From contig OY253690.1 in assembly GCA_958009085.1 (NCBI GenBank), positions 124,001-188,000 of the forward strand: 64,000 nt of DNA. Reading direction: 5' to 3'. A program made the translations under genes and the position numbers. The notes under the pieces are model-generated. The model had not been told where the DNA came from. It saw only the letters and a list, made by a program, of their open reading frames with translations, and did no database searches. The stretch is from Protoeuglena noctilucae. Lineage: Eukaryota. Position 1 is the first letter of the stretch, and each line of letters begins with the position of its first letter. Below, piece after piece: positions 49,701 to 61,262 of this stretch.

Positions 49701-52700
49701 CCCTCCCCTCACCTGCGCTTCCGACCCCAGCACCCCCTCCCCCTCCCCCTCCCCCTCCTCTCCCCCCTCATCCCCCTCCTCCACCTCTCCCGCATCCGTG
49801 TTGAGTCGATACTGGCCCAGCACGGGCACACAGAGGGACGAGGCGCGGCGGCACTGGGAGAGCAATGCGGAGAGGGCTGAGCCGAACTGGGGGGGAAGGG
49901 AGGAGGGGGGTTGGGGGTTAGAGTAGGAGAGGTGGTGAATTGTCGAGGGTTGATGGTGGCAAGTGTTGTAGTCTTACTACAACACTTAACCCATTCCTCC
50001 CCCCCCCCTCACCTCCCTCACCCATCGCTCACTCTTAACCACATCACCCACTCCCCCCCTCAATGCACCCACCCCCTCACCTCCCTCCCCCACCTCCCGC
50101 TCCTCGCCACCGCCCCCCACTCCACATCCCCCACGCACGCCCTCGCCATGCACAGCGTCCCATGCGCCAATGCACCCCGGCAAGCGGTTAGCAAATCCAT
50201 ACACCCCGCATCCACGTCACTTGATAGGCGGGCCACCACCGATCGAAGCGTCGCCAGGTGACCCGACAGGTCGAGGTCTTGTGTTGATAGAGGCGAGTTT
50301 CTATTGGCAGTGATGGTTGCGTCGGTATCGTCAGCGATCAGCGACACAGGCGATCTCTTGGCAGTAGTAGTGGTTGGGTCAGTACCACTGTCAACCATCG
50401 ACACAGGCGACGACATCTTAGCAGACGCTTGCTTAGCACTGTTAGTGTTACTCGACTTGGTGGTATCGTCACTGATCGACACAGATGCCATCTTAGCAGT
50501 GATGGTTGGCTCGGTATCGACACTGATCGATGCAGTGCCAGTTGCCCCCTCATCTCTCCCAGCAGCAGCTCTTGGGCTTGTGCATATGCTTGTGTCTGGC
50601 ACCGCGGTGATGGCGATGGCGGGGTGTGCCGTGATCTGCCACCCCCCGCTCCGTGTGTAGGTGCGGAAGAGGAGACTCCACACGCGAGCACCCGCGTCGC
50701 TCTCTGCGTGTCGGGTGGAGGGGGGAGAATCAATGATATTGCAGGTCGAAGTATGATGTTATAGCGCCAGCCTACATCGCCAGTGCAAATTAAGAGAAAA
50801 AGATAATACATAGTACGAACAGATATACACACACCCACAACGACCATCCACTCACCCCTCGCCCTCGGCGACCGCACCAGCCCCACGACCCACACCACCC
50901 GTACTATCAACAGCAATAATAATAATACACAATAATCACAATTTCAAACACCCCAGCTCACCCCTCGCCCTGGGCGACCGCACCAGCCCCTCCACCCACG
51001 GCGCCAGCACCGCCAGTTCCCCCTCGCTCCCCAGCCCCGGCAGTGGCCGTGGCATTTTCATCAAAGCAGCCTCGCAAGACGCCCGCAATCGCACCCACGG
51101 ATCGACCAATCCCTGCACCAGCGCCCAGCACAGGCGGGGCCAGAAGGTGGGCGTGGGGGGTAGGGGTCGATGGGACGAGCGATGTCGACGGCAGTGGGGG
51201 TGGGGGTGGGGGTGGTAGTGCCACTAGTAGCAGTAGCAGTAGCACCGATTGTAGCAGTAACTGTACCACTAGTAGTAGCAGTAGCAGTGGTAGTGGTAGT
51301 GGCAGTGGTAGTACCCGCACTATCACCACCCCCACCCTCACGCCCGCCAATCGTAGCACCGCCCACACCACTGCCATCTCCAATCTGATGCGCCCCTCCA
51401 CCCGCCCCTTCGCCTGCGCTAGTAACTGCGCCCGCATTGCCACCTGCGCCTGCATTGCCCGCTGCTTGGCTGGTCACTGCTTGGCTGTGTATGGTGGGGG
51501 GCCACAGGGTGAGCATGGCGACGAGCGTCTCCGTGGCCATGAACCTGGTCGCGAAGGAGTTAGACGGGAGTATTCCGTTGTTGACAGCGTCGATGACGGA
51601 TTGGAGGAAAGACTCCAAGCGGCGGAGGGTGGTGGGGTCGGCGGGGTGGGGGGGGTGGTTGGCAGAGAGGGACTTGGCGATGCTGGGGGGGGAGTGAGTG
51701 GGAGAGGGGATGAAGGAGTGGGCTTGGGTGGTTAGCAGAGCAAGACATAGAGATGGTGGGAGGGAGTGAGGAAGTGTGTGGGGGTGGCTAACAGAGCGTG
51801 ACTTGGTGAAGAGAGAAGGGAGTGGGGGGGAGTGTGAGGTGAGAGGGGTCGCTAGGGCAAACAGGACTTGAATATTCGAATTTGCAAGTAGTGCAGAGAC
51901 ATGGCAACGGCCTCAGTCCAGCTCCCCCACTCCACGCTCACCGCATCGCCGCCCTCCTCCCCACCGCGTGCACCCTTTCCAGGAACTTGCGTATGGCCGT
52001 CACCCACCGCGACCGCTGCCCCAGGGACGTGCAGCGCAGGGAGTGGGGGAGGAAGCCGGACATGAGGCTGAGCTCTGTATGAAGGGAGAGGAGCGGATAG
52101 ATAAATGAACGAAACGTCGATTGTATTACACATATAATCCCACTCCATCCCATACCTGCCAGTCTCCCCCCCCATTCCCCCCCACCCCCCCTCACCCAGG
52201 TTGTCCAGCGACGCCGTGGGCCTGACCTCTCAAATCTCTCTTTATCCCCTTACACCATCCCTCACGCAACTCTCACCCAATCATCTACCCAACCCATCTC
52301 AGTACCCCATTCTTACACCCCCCTCACCCAATCATATCATACCATCCCCGCCCTCATCCCCACCCCTCACCCAGGTCGTCCAGTGGCGCCGTGGGCCTGA
52401 CCTCTTAAGTCTCTCAATCCCCATCCCAATCATCTCCCTACCCAATCATCTACCCATCTCAATCCCCCTCCATACCACCCCCCCTCACCCAGGTCGTCCA
52501 GTGGTGCCGTGGCCCTGGGCTGCTCGCACACCAGCGCCAGCGCCGCGTTCTGAAGGGCCTCGGATCGGTGGTACAACGCCGCTTTCAAAATCGAGGGGTC
52601 CAGGCCGTGGCGGTCGCAGGCGGCAGCGAGGGAGTCCAGGCGACACTCGCGGCGGGCGGCGCGAAGGAGGCAGACTGAAGAGGGGGGGGAAGATATATAG

Positions 52701-55700
52701 TAAGGGTATCAATATTGTTATATACTACAATTATTAACCGACTGTATAACAGTTGAAGACATGCACTGTGTTGGGTGTGGTTCACGGCAGCACGAAAGAG
52801 GCAGACCGGGGGGGTAAGGGAGAGAGAGGGCAGTGTGTGTGAGATGTGCATGGTGTTGTGTTCACAGTCATCTCCCTTGCTACATAACAGACAACTGCTC
52901 CACAATCCCTCTTGTTCCCGTGAAAAGGAAACAACACCCCACTCACTGGCTGCCCCCGCCTTGCCCCCCCCCCCCCTCGGTCGCGCTCGGCACATCGCTT
53001 GCCACCGCCAGCCTCTCCAGCAGCTCCCCCAGCGCGTCCTCATGCGTGGCGAATATCACGGGTAGGGCAAAGGCGGCCACGTGATCTCGGATCCGATCGT
53101 CGTCACCCGCCAAAGCGGAGAGCAGGGGGGGTGCCCAGGCGTCTGCCCAGCTGGGGGGGGGAAGGAGTGAGGGGGGAGAGATGGGTGTGTGTGGGGTTAA
53201 AACTGAGGTGCAGATGAGCTGATGAAGCTGAGTGAGGGTTGCGGCTGTCTCACTTCGCCCTCATTGTCACTCCCAGATAGGTGAACCTATCTGTGGCCAG
53301 TTCTCGCCCTCACACTCTCCCTCACCTCTCCCCTTGCCTCTGCGGCTCCCCCACTCTCCCTCTCTCCTCTCCCTCCCCCCCTCCCCCCCCCCCCCCGTCA
53401 ATCACCCCTCCCTCACCCACTCCCCCTCCCTCACCTCTCCCCCTCCCCCATCGCCTCCCTCGCCATCGCGGGCACGAGCGCCTTCAGGAACCCGGCAATG
53501 GCGCTGCACAGCACCTCATCCCGCATCGCAGTAAAACACTGGGTGACCAAGTCGGGCTGCATGGCCAGCAGTCGGCGGGGGCCCAGCCGGGGGACCAGGA
53601 GGGCCAGGGGGGCGTACTTGCCCTTGCGCGACCAGCTGGGGGGGGCGAAGGGAGGGGTAGATAAGATAGATAGATAGGGAGGGAGGGAGGGGATGGATGG
53701 ATGGATGGAAAGGGAGGGATGGAAACATGCACAGTTTGGATGGAAGCGGATGCATCGATGTGAAGGGCATTGATGAACATTGCATAACTGTAACAGACAA
53801 GCGTTGAAGAACACAACATAGTGCATATAGTCACTCCCATCCCACGCATCCACTCTCACCTCGTGGCCAGCACGTCCCTCGCCACCGCATCCACGCTCAT
53901 GGCTGGGCCCGCTGTTGGTCCCCTCGGTGCCTCGCCCGACCCTTGATCGTCTTCCATCTGCGCGTTGTAACACAGGGCGACACTCAAGTGCAGTCCAAAG
54001 CACGTTGCGTGTAGCACGTCGCACATCGCGCGCGGCACGTTCCCTCCCGGCGCCGGGGAGGCCGCGCCCGGGACGCCGCAATCATATTACCCGATGTTTT
54101 GACTTATCTTTTTAGATGGTTATCAAACAGTTTCCATACCCGTCACCTCTGCCAGCTCCAGCATTTCCTGGAATGCCTCGTGCGCCTTCCCCACCGCGCA
54201 CACCAGTGGGTCCTCCCAGCTGGACCACAGGGCCCGGAACACGCGGCGCCTGCGATACAGAGACAAAGAGAGACTGTCGACATATGGGTAGCCACGACAT
54301 GATAGTAAGTACTACTTACTACCACAGACAGGCAGGTCAACCCAGGTCCAGTCGTGCAGCAGTGGACCACGGAGCAGCTGAGCCGACCATCAATCTAACC
54401 CAGCAAATAGTAATCACGCGTGTCATTGCTCCGCCTGACCTGAGCTCCAGGCCCATGGGAGGCACGTGCACAGCTGCCGCGTCCCCGCCCTCCTCGCCCC
54501 CACACGCAGCATCGCCACTATCGCTACTGCCGCCGCCCTCCTCCACGCCCGCTCCACGCGAGCCCCTCGCTTCCGCCCTCCGCGCCGCCCGCGCAGCATG
54601 CAGGCTCGCGCAGAGCGCCGCCATGGTGTGCGCACGGCCTTGCGCATCCCTCGCCCCCTCCGCCGCAGCCAGGGCCGCCAGCGCCGCGGCCCACGCCCCC
54701 AGCGACACCCCCGACTCCCCCGCGCCGGGCAGGGGCGCGAACAGCACGCGCGGTGGCAGGCCCTGGCACGCCGCACGCAGGCATGCCATGCGCGCCCCTT
54801 CCCCCCACGCCCGGCCTTCCGCCCCCAGGCCCCTGCCCTGCGCCGCCAGCGCCGCCGCCACCGGCACATCATCCAGCGCTATATCCTGTGCGGGAATTGC
54901 CGCAACGGCGTCGGGCGGGAGGGCCATAGAGGCCAGGACGGCCGCCAGGGACGCGGGGTCCTTGGCCTGGTGGCTGAGCGCCAGGCATAGCGCTCCGCCC
55001 GCCGCCACCGCCGTCTCGCGCGGGGTGTTCTCCTTCCGGAGCACCGCCAGGGCCCCGGCGGCGGCAATGGCGGCGGTGGCGACGGCCTCGGGTCCGTGCA
55101 TGTGTGGGGCGGAGGCGGAGAGCAGCAGGTGCGTGGCAGAGAGAGCCTCCTGGAGTGGCTCCGTGGGTGCGGCGCCGGGCTCCGTGGTCGCCGTGTCGGC
55201 GGCTGATGGAAGGTGGGAGCCGAGGAGGCGGAGGGCGGAGGCGGCAGCTGAGGGGTCGAGGCAGGTGCGGAGGGCCGGGTGCGAGGAGGAGAGGGACGTG
55301 AGGGCCTGGGCGATGCGGCGGGCGGCGGAGGGGGCCGCGTCGGCGCACGCCACGGTGCGGGACAGGGCGGAGCTCAGGGCATGGGGCACGGGCCGGTCGA
55401 CGCTGCCCCCCGGCACGTCCAGCCGGGCTAGCGCCTCGAGCACGGCGCGGTGGAGGGGACGACTGTTATCCTCAAATAGAATGGCGGCCTGCAGAGGGGC
55501 GGAGGGGGACGGCGGGGGTCGCCGGCAGCGCGGGTCGCGAGGGAGCAGCAAAGTCGCGCTGCGGCCCACTCGCCAGGACCGCCGCAGCCCAACCGCGCTC
55601 CGCGTCGCGCTTTTCCGAGCCTTGACATCTCGCGAGCGCCGTGGCTGCGGCAGTGACGGCCTTCAGGCGCTCGAGCTCCGCAAACGTGTTGCCCTGGCTG

Positions 55701-55853
55701 GCCAGCTGATAAAGCGCCTCCGCAAGCGCCGCCGACTCCGCGGAGGATCCATCGGAGACGTCATGCGCTCCCAAAAGCTCCTGCGCCACGCAAGAGCCAC
55801 GCGCGCGCCTCTCGAGGCGAGCGCAGCAACTCCCCCGAGCCGCCGCCTGCCAT
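43727..55853 (-). CDS. THADA: THADA / Trm732 (DUF2428) armadillo-like protein, multi-exon
   Basis: Hallmark TRRSAGLP (~48350), KHRGAV, PRVHAFHTIRALLFS, W-x-VRSAASMCYVALL, WSRKGKY, IRKFLERV and LLEDEEPAVR. The start codon is uncertain. Confidence 0.88.
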
Positions 55854-56486
55854 GGCGCCTCCCGTCACGCTGCAGCGGTGCAAAGAACCCAGCGCCGTCG
55901 TTTTGCTCACACGAAAGTGTTCGCTCCATCGCACGCCCCCCTCCGCCCACCGTCGCCGCCTCTCCCCGGTCCTAAACGCGCGCGCCGCCATCCCACCCCC
56001 ACGCGCCAAGAGCAAGTCGTCGAAAGGCAGTAAATCCCCGATTCACATCACACGCAGGGCAGAGACAGTCCGTAGTTGCATCAGGTATTACTTTCAACCC
56101 TAAGTACTACCAGGTTGATGGGAAAAACCCTGTGTCAGGCAGTGTGCCGTCTGCACAACACGGAGCAGTTCACACTGGCACAAACACTGCCCCGCCATGC
56201 CCAATGCTGTACAAGCACGGCCATCCTAGCTGCCGAGAAAGCCCCTCGTCCATTTGAAGAACTCGCGATCGTTCACCCTTGGCCACCTGCACGCATGCAG
56301 TGGCGTTGTTGTCACCACTGACGCCCCTGTCTAGTCAAGCACAGTCCCGACGACGGCCCTTTCTCCAGCCGCCTGCTGCAGCCAACAGATATCCACCCCG
56401 CAGCCCATGGCCCGTGCCTCGGGCTCCCTCAGCGGTGCATAATGCGCGCGCTTGCCACCGCCGCCGCCCTCACCCGGGTCAGTCGG

Positions 56487-58742
56487 CTAGTCGAGGCCCC
56501 ACTCGGCCCGCAGCTCCTCCACCTTGCGCCTCACCAGCCCCGGCCGCCCGCCCGTGTTGACCAGGTCCGCACCCAGGTCGGCCATCCGCAGCACGACGTC
56601 GGTCAGGATCTCTGGCCCGTAATCCTCGTCAATCACAACCGGTGTGGTGACAGCCGTGTAAATTGGGGTACAACCATCCCCATCCCGCGCCTCCAGGTCT
56701 GCCCCCGCCTCCACCAGCACGTCCACGCACGTGGCGAGTTGGACGCAGTGCAGGGGCATCTTACCGCCCCCGTCGGCAGCGTTGACGTTCGCCCCCGCAG
56801 CCAGCAGAGCCCGTGCACGTGTCCCATCTAACGCTATGCCCCGGTACGGGATTCGCACCGCATGATGGAGAGGCGTCTTGCCCCACCTGTCCCGTGCCTC
56901 CAGGTCTGCGCCGGCCTCGACCAACACGTCTACGCAAGCCGCGTGCATGATGTGGTGCAGGGGCGTCCTGCCGTCCTTGTCGACAGCTTTGGCGTCCGCC
57001 CCCGCCGCCAGCAATGCCCGCGTCACATCTACTACTCCCGGAAAGTCTGTATCTTGCACAGCCAAATGGAGAGGCGCCGCTCCCCACTTGTCACGCATGT
57101 CCAAGTCTGCCCCGGCCTCCACCAGCAGGTCCACGCACCCGCACGCACTATGTCTGACGAAATGGAGTGGCGTCCTGCCAAACCTGTTAGCAGCGTTGGG
57201 ATCTGCCCCTGCCGCCAGCAGAGCACGCGTCACCGCCAGTGCCATCTGCTGTTTCTCGAGTACCATCGCTTTCTTCAGAGGTGTCCTCTCCATGAAATCC
57301 CGCGCTTCCAGGCGCGCCCCAGCATTCACCAGCAGGTCCACGCACCCCGCGTGCTTGACAAAGTGCAGGGGTGTGATGCGCATTCGATTGACGGCCTTGG
57401 CAACTGCCGTTGGCGTCCGCCCCCGCCCCCAAGAGCAGCCGCGTCATCTCCACGGCCACTGGCTCTGGAAAAAGGGACACTGCTTCGTAAAGAGGTGGGT
57501 CGCCATTCCTGTCTCCGCAGTTGACGCCCGAACCCAGCTCGATCAGAGCGCGGACGGCATCAACCCGACCATCTTTGCAAGCGCAGTGGAGCGGAGAGTC
57601 CTCCCCACTGTTGCCATGGATGCTCAACCCACGCGCCGCCAGCCATTGCACCACCTCCCCGTTCGCCGCCCAGTGAATCGCGGTCCGCCCCGTTTCGTCA
57701 GTGGCAGTTACGTCAGCCCCCAGCTCCACCAGCACCTCCATCACGGCCACATTGCCGTGATGCGCGGCATGATTGAGGGCAGGACGACCGTAACAACGAG
57801 AGTCTACGTCCGCCCCCGCCTCCACCAGCCGCCGCACGATGCCCGGCGTCGGATGACCCTCGCACACCGTGGCCAACGTCAGATCCTCGCCATCAGGACC
57901 GACCTTGGCCGACGCCCCCGCCTCCAGCAGCGCCTCCACCACCGCCTCATGACCCCCCCGTGCCGCGTGCACCAGCGCCGTCCACCAGCCACCGTGAACG
58001 CCACCCGGCGCATCCACCTCCGCCCCCGCTTCCAGGCACGCCTTGACCGCTTCCAAGCAGCCCCGCCTCGCGCAGTGCGTCATCAGGGGCCATGCTTCAA
58101 AGAGCTGCCGATTGACGTCTGCCCCCATCGCCACCGCCACCCGCACCGCCCACGCCACCTCCTCGTCCCCCAGCGCGTACGCCCACTCCACCTTCCCATC
58201 CGCCCCGCGCCCCACTGGCCGCCGCGCCCGCACCGCCACCATCAGCGGTGACTGGTCCGGAGACTCGTCATGCTCCTGCCATGAGATACCGTTGAGGTCC
58301 GGCTCCACCGCCACCAGCAGGGCCAGCCACCACAACCCCAGGCTCGCCAGGTGGTGCGCGTGGGACCCCTCGAACGCCCACACCGCCAGCGGGGCAAAGT
58401 CGAGCTCCGTTAAATATACGTAGCGAAACTGGTCGCGGATAGCGTCCATCTGGTCCTCCGCCGTGGCCCGGATGCCCCATGCCCTCCACACCTCGTCTAC
58501 CTCGTCGCGCATCTGCGGCGACACCCACCGCGCCGCCGTGGCGTCTCGCAGGGGCACCAGCCGCAGGATCTCGCGATGCAGCTCCCCGGGCAGGTCGCCC
58601 CACCCTGCGCGAGCCACCGGGACGCGCCAAATGTCGCTGCAAGGCACGCACACATCCAGCGCAACACCGCAGGTCCTTCTGTGCGCGCCTCACCAACGAT
58701 CACCCTCCTCGACGACGCCTCCGTGTCCACGTCCGCCGACAT
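56487..58742 (-). CDS. F-box-like + ankyrin repeat protein, copy C (frameshift at ~57400-57415; possible pseudogene)
   Basis: Exon 1 MSADVDTEASSRRVIVG, an intron, then WGDLPGELHREILRLVPLRD and the longest ankyrin array of the four copies. The coding frame moves from ORF 57187-58653 to ORF 56487-57383. Confidence 0.8.
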
Positions 58743-59766
58743 GGCCACCGACAGCCCCTTCCGACACCCCGCTGCATCGAACGGCACACAATTGATGGTC
58801 GCTATTCGTTGCCAAGGCTGCACCCATCTTTGCGGATCGTCTCCTGCGCTGCGTACTCACATCACTTTCGCCTCACCTACCGCGTCGCTGTCGGCCCCGA
58901 TCGGGTCCGCTCAGCCCCTCCGGCCTCCAAAACACCAGCAGCGTCGATCCTTTGCTGCGCCGACGCCGACTCCAGCGTGCGCAGTGCCCGTGTACACACT
59001 CCTGGACCTCTACTACGCCACTGCCACCACCACGGCGACCCTCCGCGACCGCAGCGACGAGCCGCGGCTCTGGCACACCTGCGCCAGTCCACGCCTGACG
59101 CCCAAGGCCCTGCATCTGCCTCGTGGCGACCCGCTGCGCCCGCTGCGCCTGCCGAGTCGCTGATGGTCTCACACGCTAGCTCCCTTTGCCGAACAATCCT
59201 TCAAGATGCTGCTCCACATAGCACAGCCAAACAAGCAATAGCCCCTCCCGCTTCGCAGGTCAGCTGCAGCTGCCTGCGAATCGACCCCTGCACCGTTCCC
59301 GCACGCCAGCTACACCCACGCACTCCGCCTGCCTCAGTCTTCAACTCCACAGCCGCTCTCAGCAGCCCCAGTCCTCCGGCTAGTGGAAGCAGATGGGGCG
59401 GCTCGGTGCTACACAGCACTGATAGCACTGGTGGCACGACCCGCGCCCTTGATTCACCACCGTTCCTGTTACGCTGCACAGCGCATCTGCATCCACCTCA
59501 GTCCCCACCGCGCTGCTCGGGCGCAGCTGCATCGCAAACACCACCCTGCGCCCACAACCGGGCAGGGGAGTGCCTTCCACAAACGCCGGCCTGCTGCATT
59601 CACCATATGCACGTAACCAGCAAGCCCATGGCCTATCTACCTGGCCGCCAGTCACTGGACGCTACAGCCATACCACGGCTGCAGCACAGGCAACCTGCCC
59701 AAGGACCATCGTCCATGCAGCCCGCTCCCTCACTTGTGTTCCCCGCTGCCGCCGTCCCCACCTTGC

Positions 59767-61262
59767 TCAGTCAGCCTGGCCACGGCTGCGCTCGGCCCGC
59801 AGCGCCTCCACCCTGCGCATCACCAGCCCCGGCTCCCCGCCCATGTTCACCAGATCGGCGCCGCGGTGGGCCATCCGCAGCACTACCAAGGCCAACCGCC
59901 GAATGACGTCAGTCTGTTATCCTTGCGAATCGCGATGCAGTAAATCGGCGTCCTGCCCTCCCCGTCCCGACCCTCCAGGTCCGCCCCGGCGTCCAGCAGC
60001 ATATCTACACACACGGCGTGCCAGGCGTAGTGCAGGGGCGTCTCGCCGTTGTCACCGACAGCGTGGACGTCCGCCCCCGCCGCCAGCAGCAGCCGCGTCA
60101 TCTCCACAGCCACTCTGGTGTCGACGCGACTGAATCCGCATGCAGAGAACAGCGGGGACGCGTTGTTTCCGTCGCCCTCAACGCTCATCCCCCGTGCTGC
60201 CAGCCACCGCACCACCTCCCCTGTCCCAGCATGTGACATCGCGGTCCCTCCATAGTCGTCAATTACTGCGACGTCGGCTCCCAGCTCCTCCAGGGTTTCC
60301 ATGACGGCCACGTTGCCAAAGCGTGCGGCAGAAAAGATGGCCGGCCAGGCGCGTGAGCCACAAGCGCTGATGTCCGGCCCCGCCTCCACCAGCCGCCTCG
60401 TGACCCCCCGGGCAGCAAGTACCAGCGCCGTTTCCCAGCCCAAAAAGCCACCAACCGCATCCACCCGTGCCCCCGCTGCCAGGCACGCCTTGGACGCCTC
60501 TGAGCACCCCCGCATGGCGCAGTACGATCAGTGGCAGTGCTCCACACAGCCGCCGGTTGACGTTCGCCCCCATTACAACCGCCGCCCGCACCGCGCGCGC
60601 CGCCTCCTCGTCCCCCAGCGCGTACGCCCACTCCGTCTCGCCCTCCGCCGTGCGTCCCACCGGCCGGCGCGCCTGCGCCACCACCATCAGCGGTGACTGG
60701 TCCGGGAGCTCGTGGTCTGCCTCGTGGTCCTCCAAGTCGTAATACGAGTCATCTGACGTCCAGTCCTCGCTGTCTTCATCCTCGCTCCAGGCCATGGCGT
60801 TGAAGTCCGGCTCCTCCGCCACCAGCAGGGCCAACCACCACAGCCCCAGGCTCGCCAGGTGATGCGCGTGGGACCCCTCGAACACCCACACCAGCAGCGG
60901 ACCGAAGTTGAACTCCGCCGCACTCCTGAAACGGCGAAGACGCTTGCGAACCTCTACCCGCTGGTCTTTCGCCGTGGCCCGGATGCCCCATGCCCTCCAC
61001 ACCTCGTCCACCTCGTCGCGCATCTCCCGCGACACCGCCCGCGCCGCCGTCGCGTCGCGCAGGGGCACCAGCCGCAGGATCTCGCGATGCAGCTCCCCGG
61101 GCAGGTCACCCCACCCTGCGCAAGCCAGCGGGACGCGCGGAATGTCACTAGGCGAGCCAACTGTAAACGCAGCAAGCGCGCCCCTCCATTTCGCGCCTTA
61201 CCGACTTGCGGAGCCGTGCTCTTCGTCGCCGACGACCGCCTGGCCTTAAGTTCGCCCGCCAT
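59767..61262 (-). pseudogene. F-box-like + ankyrin repeat gene, copy D, with multiple frameshifts and deletions
   Basis: Exon 1 is 61262-61202 (MAGELKARRSSATKSTAPQVG) and exon 2 starts at 61115. The frame is lost near 60525 and again near 59900, with internal deletions relative to copies B and C. It ends with MRRVEALRAERSRGQAD*. Confidence 0.8.

Noticed and set aside
54116..55975. 619-aa plus-strand ORF, and similar long antisense ORFs (56878-58251, 58479-59906, 31557-32540)
   Set aside because: Stop-poor shadow frames of GC-rich genes on the opposite strand, with no domain signal.
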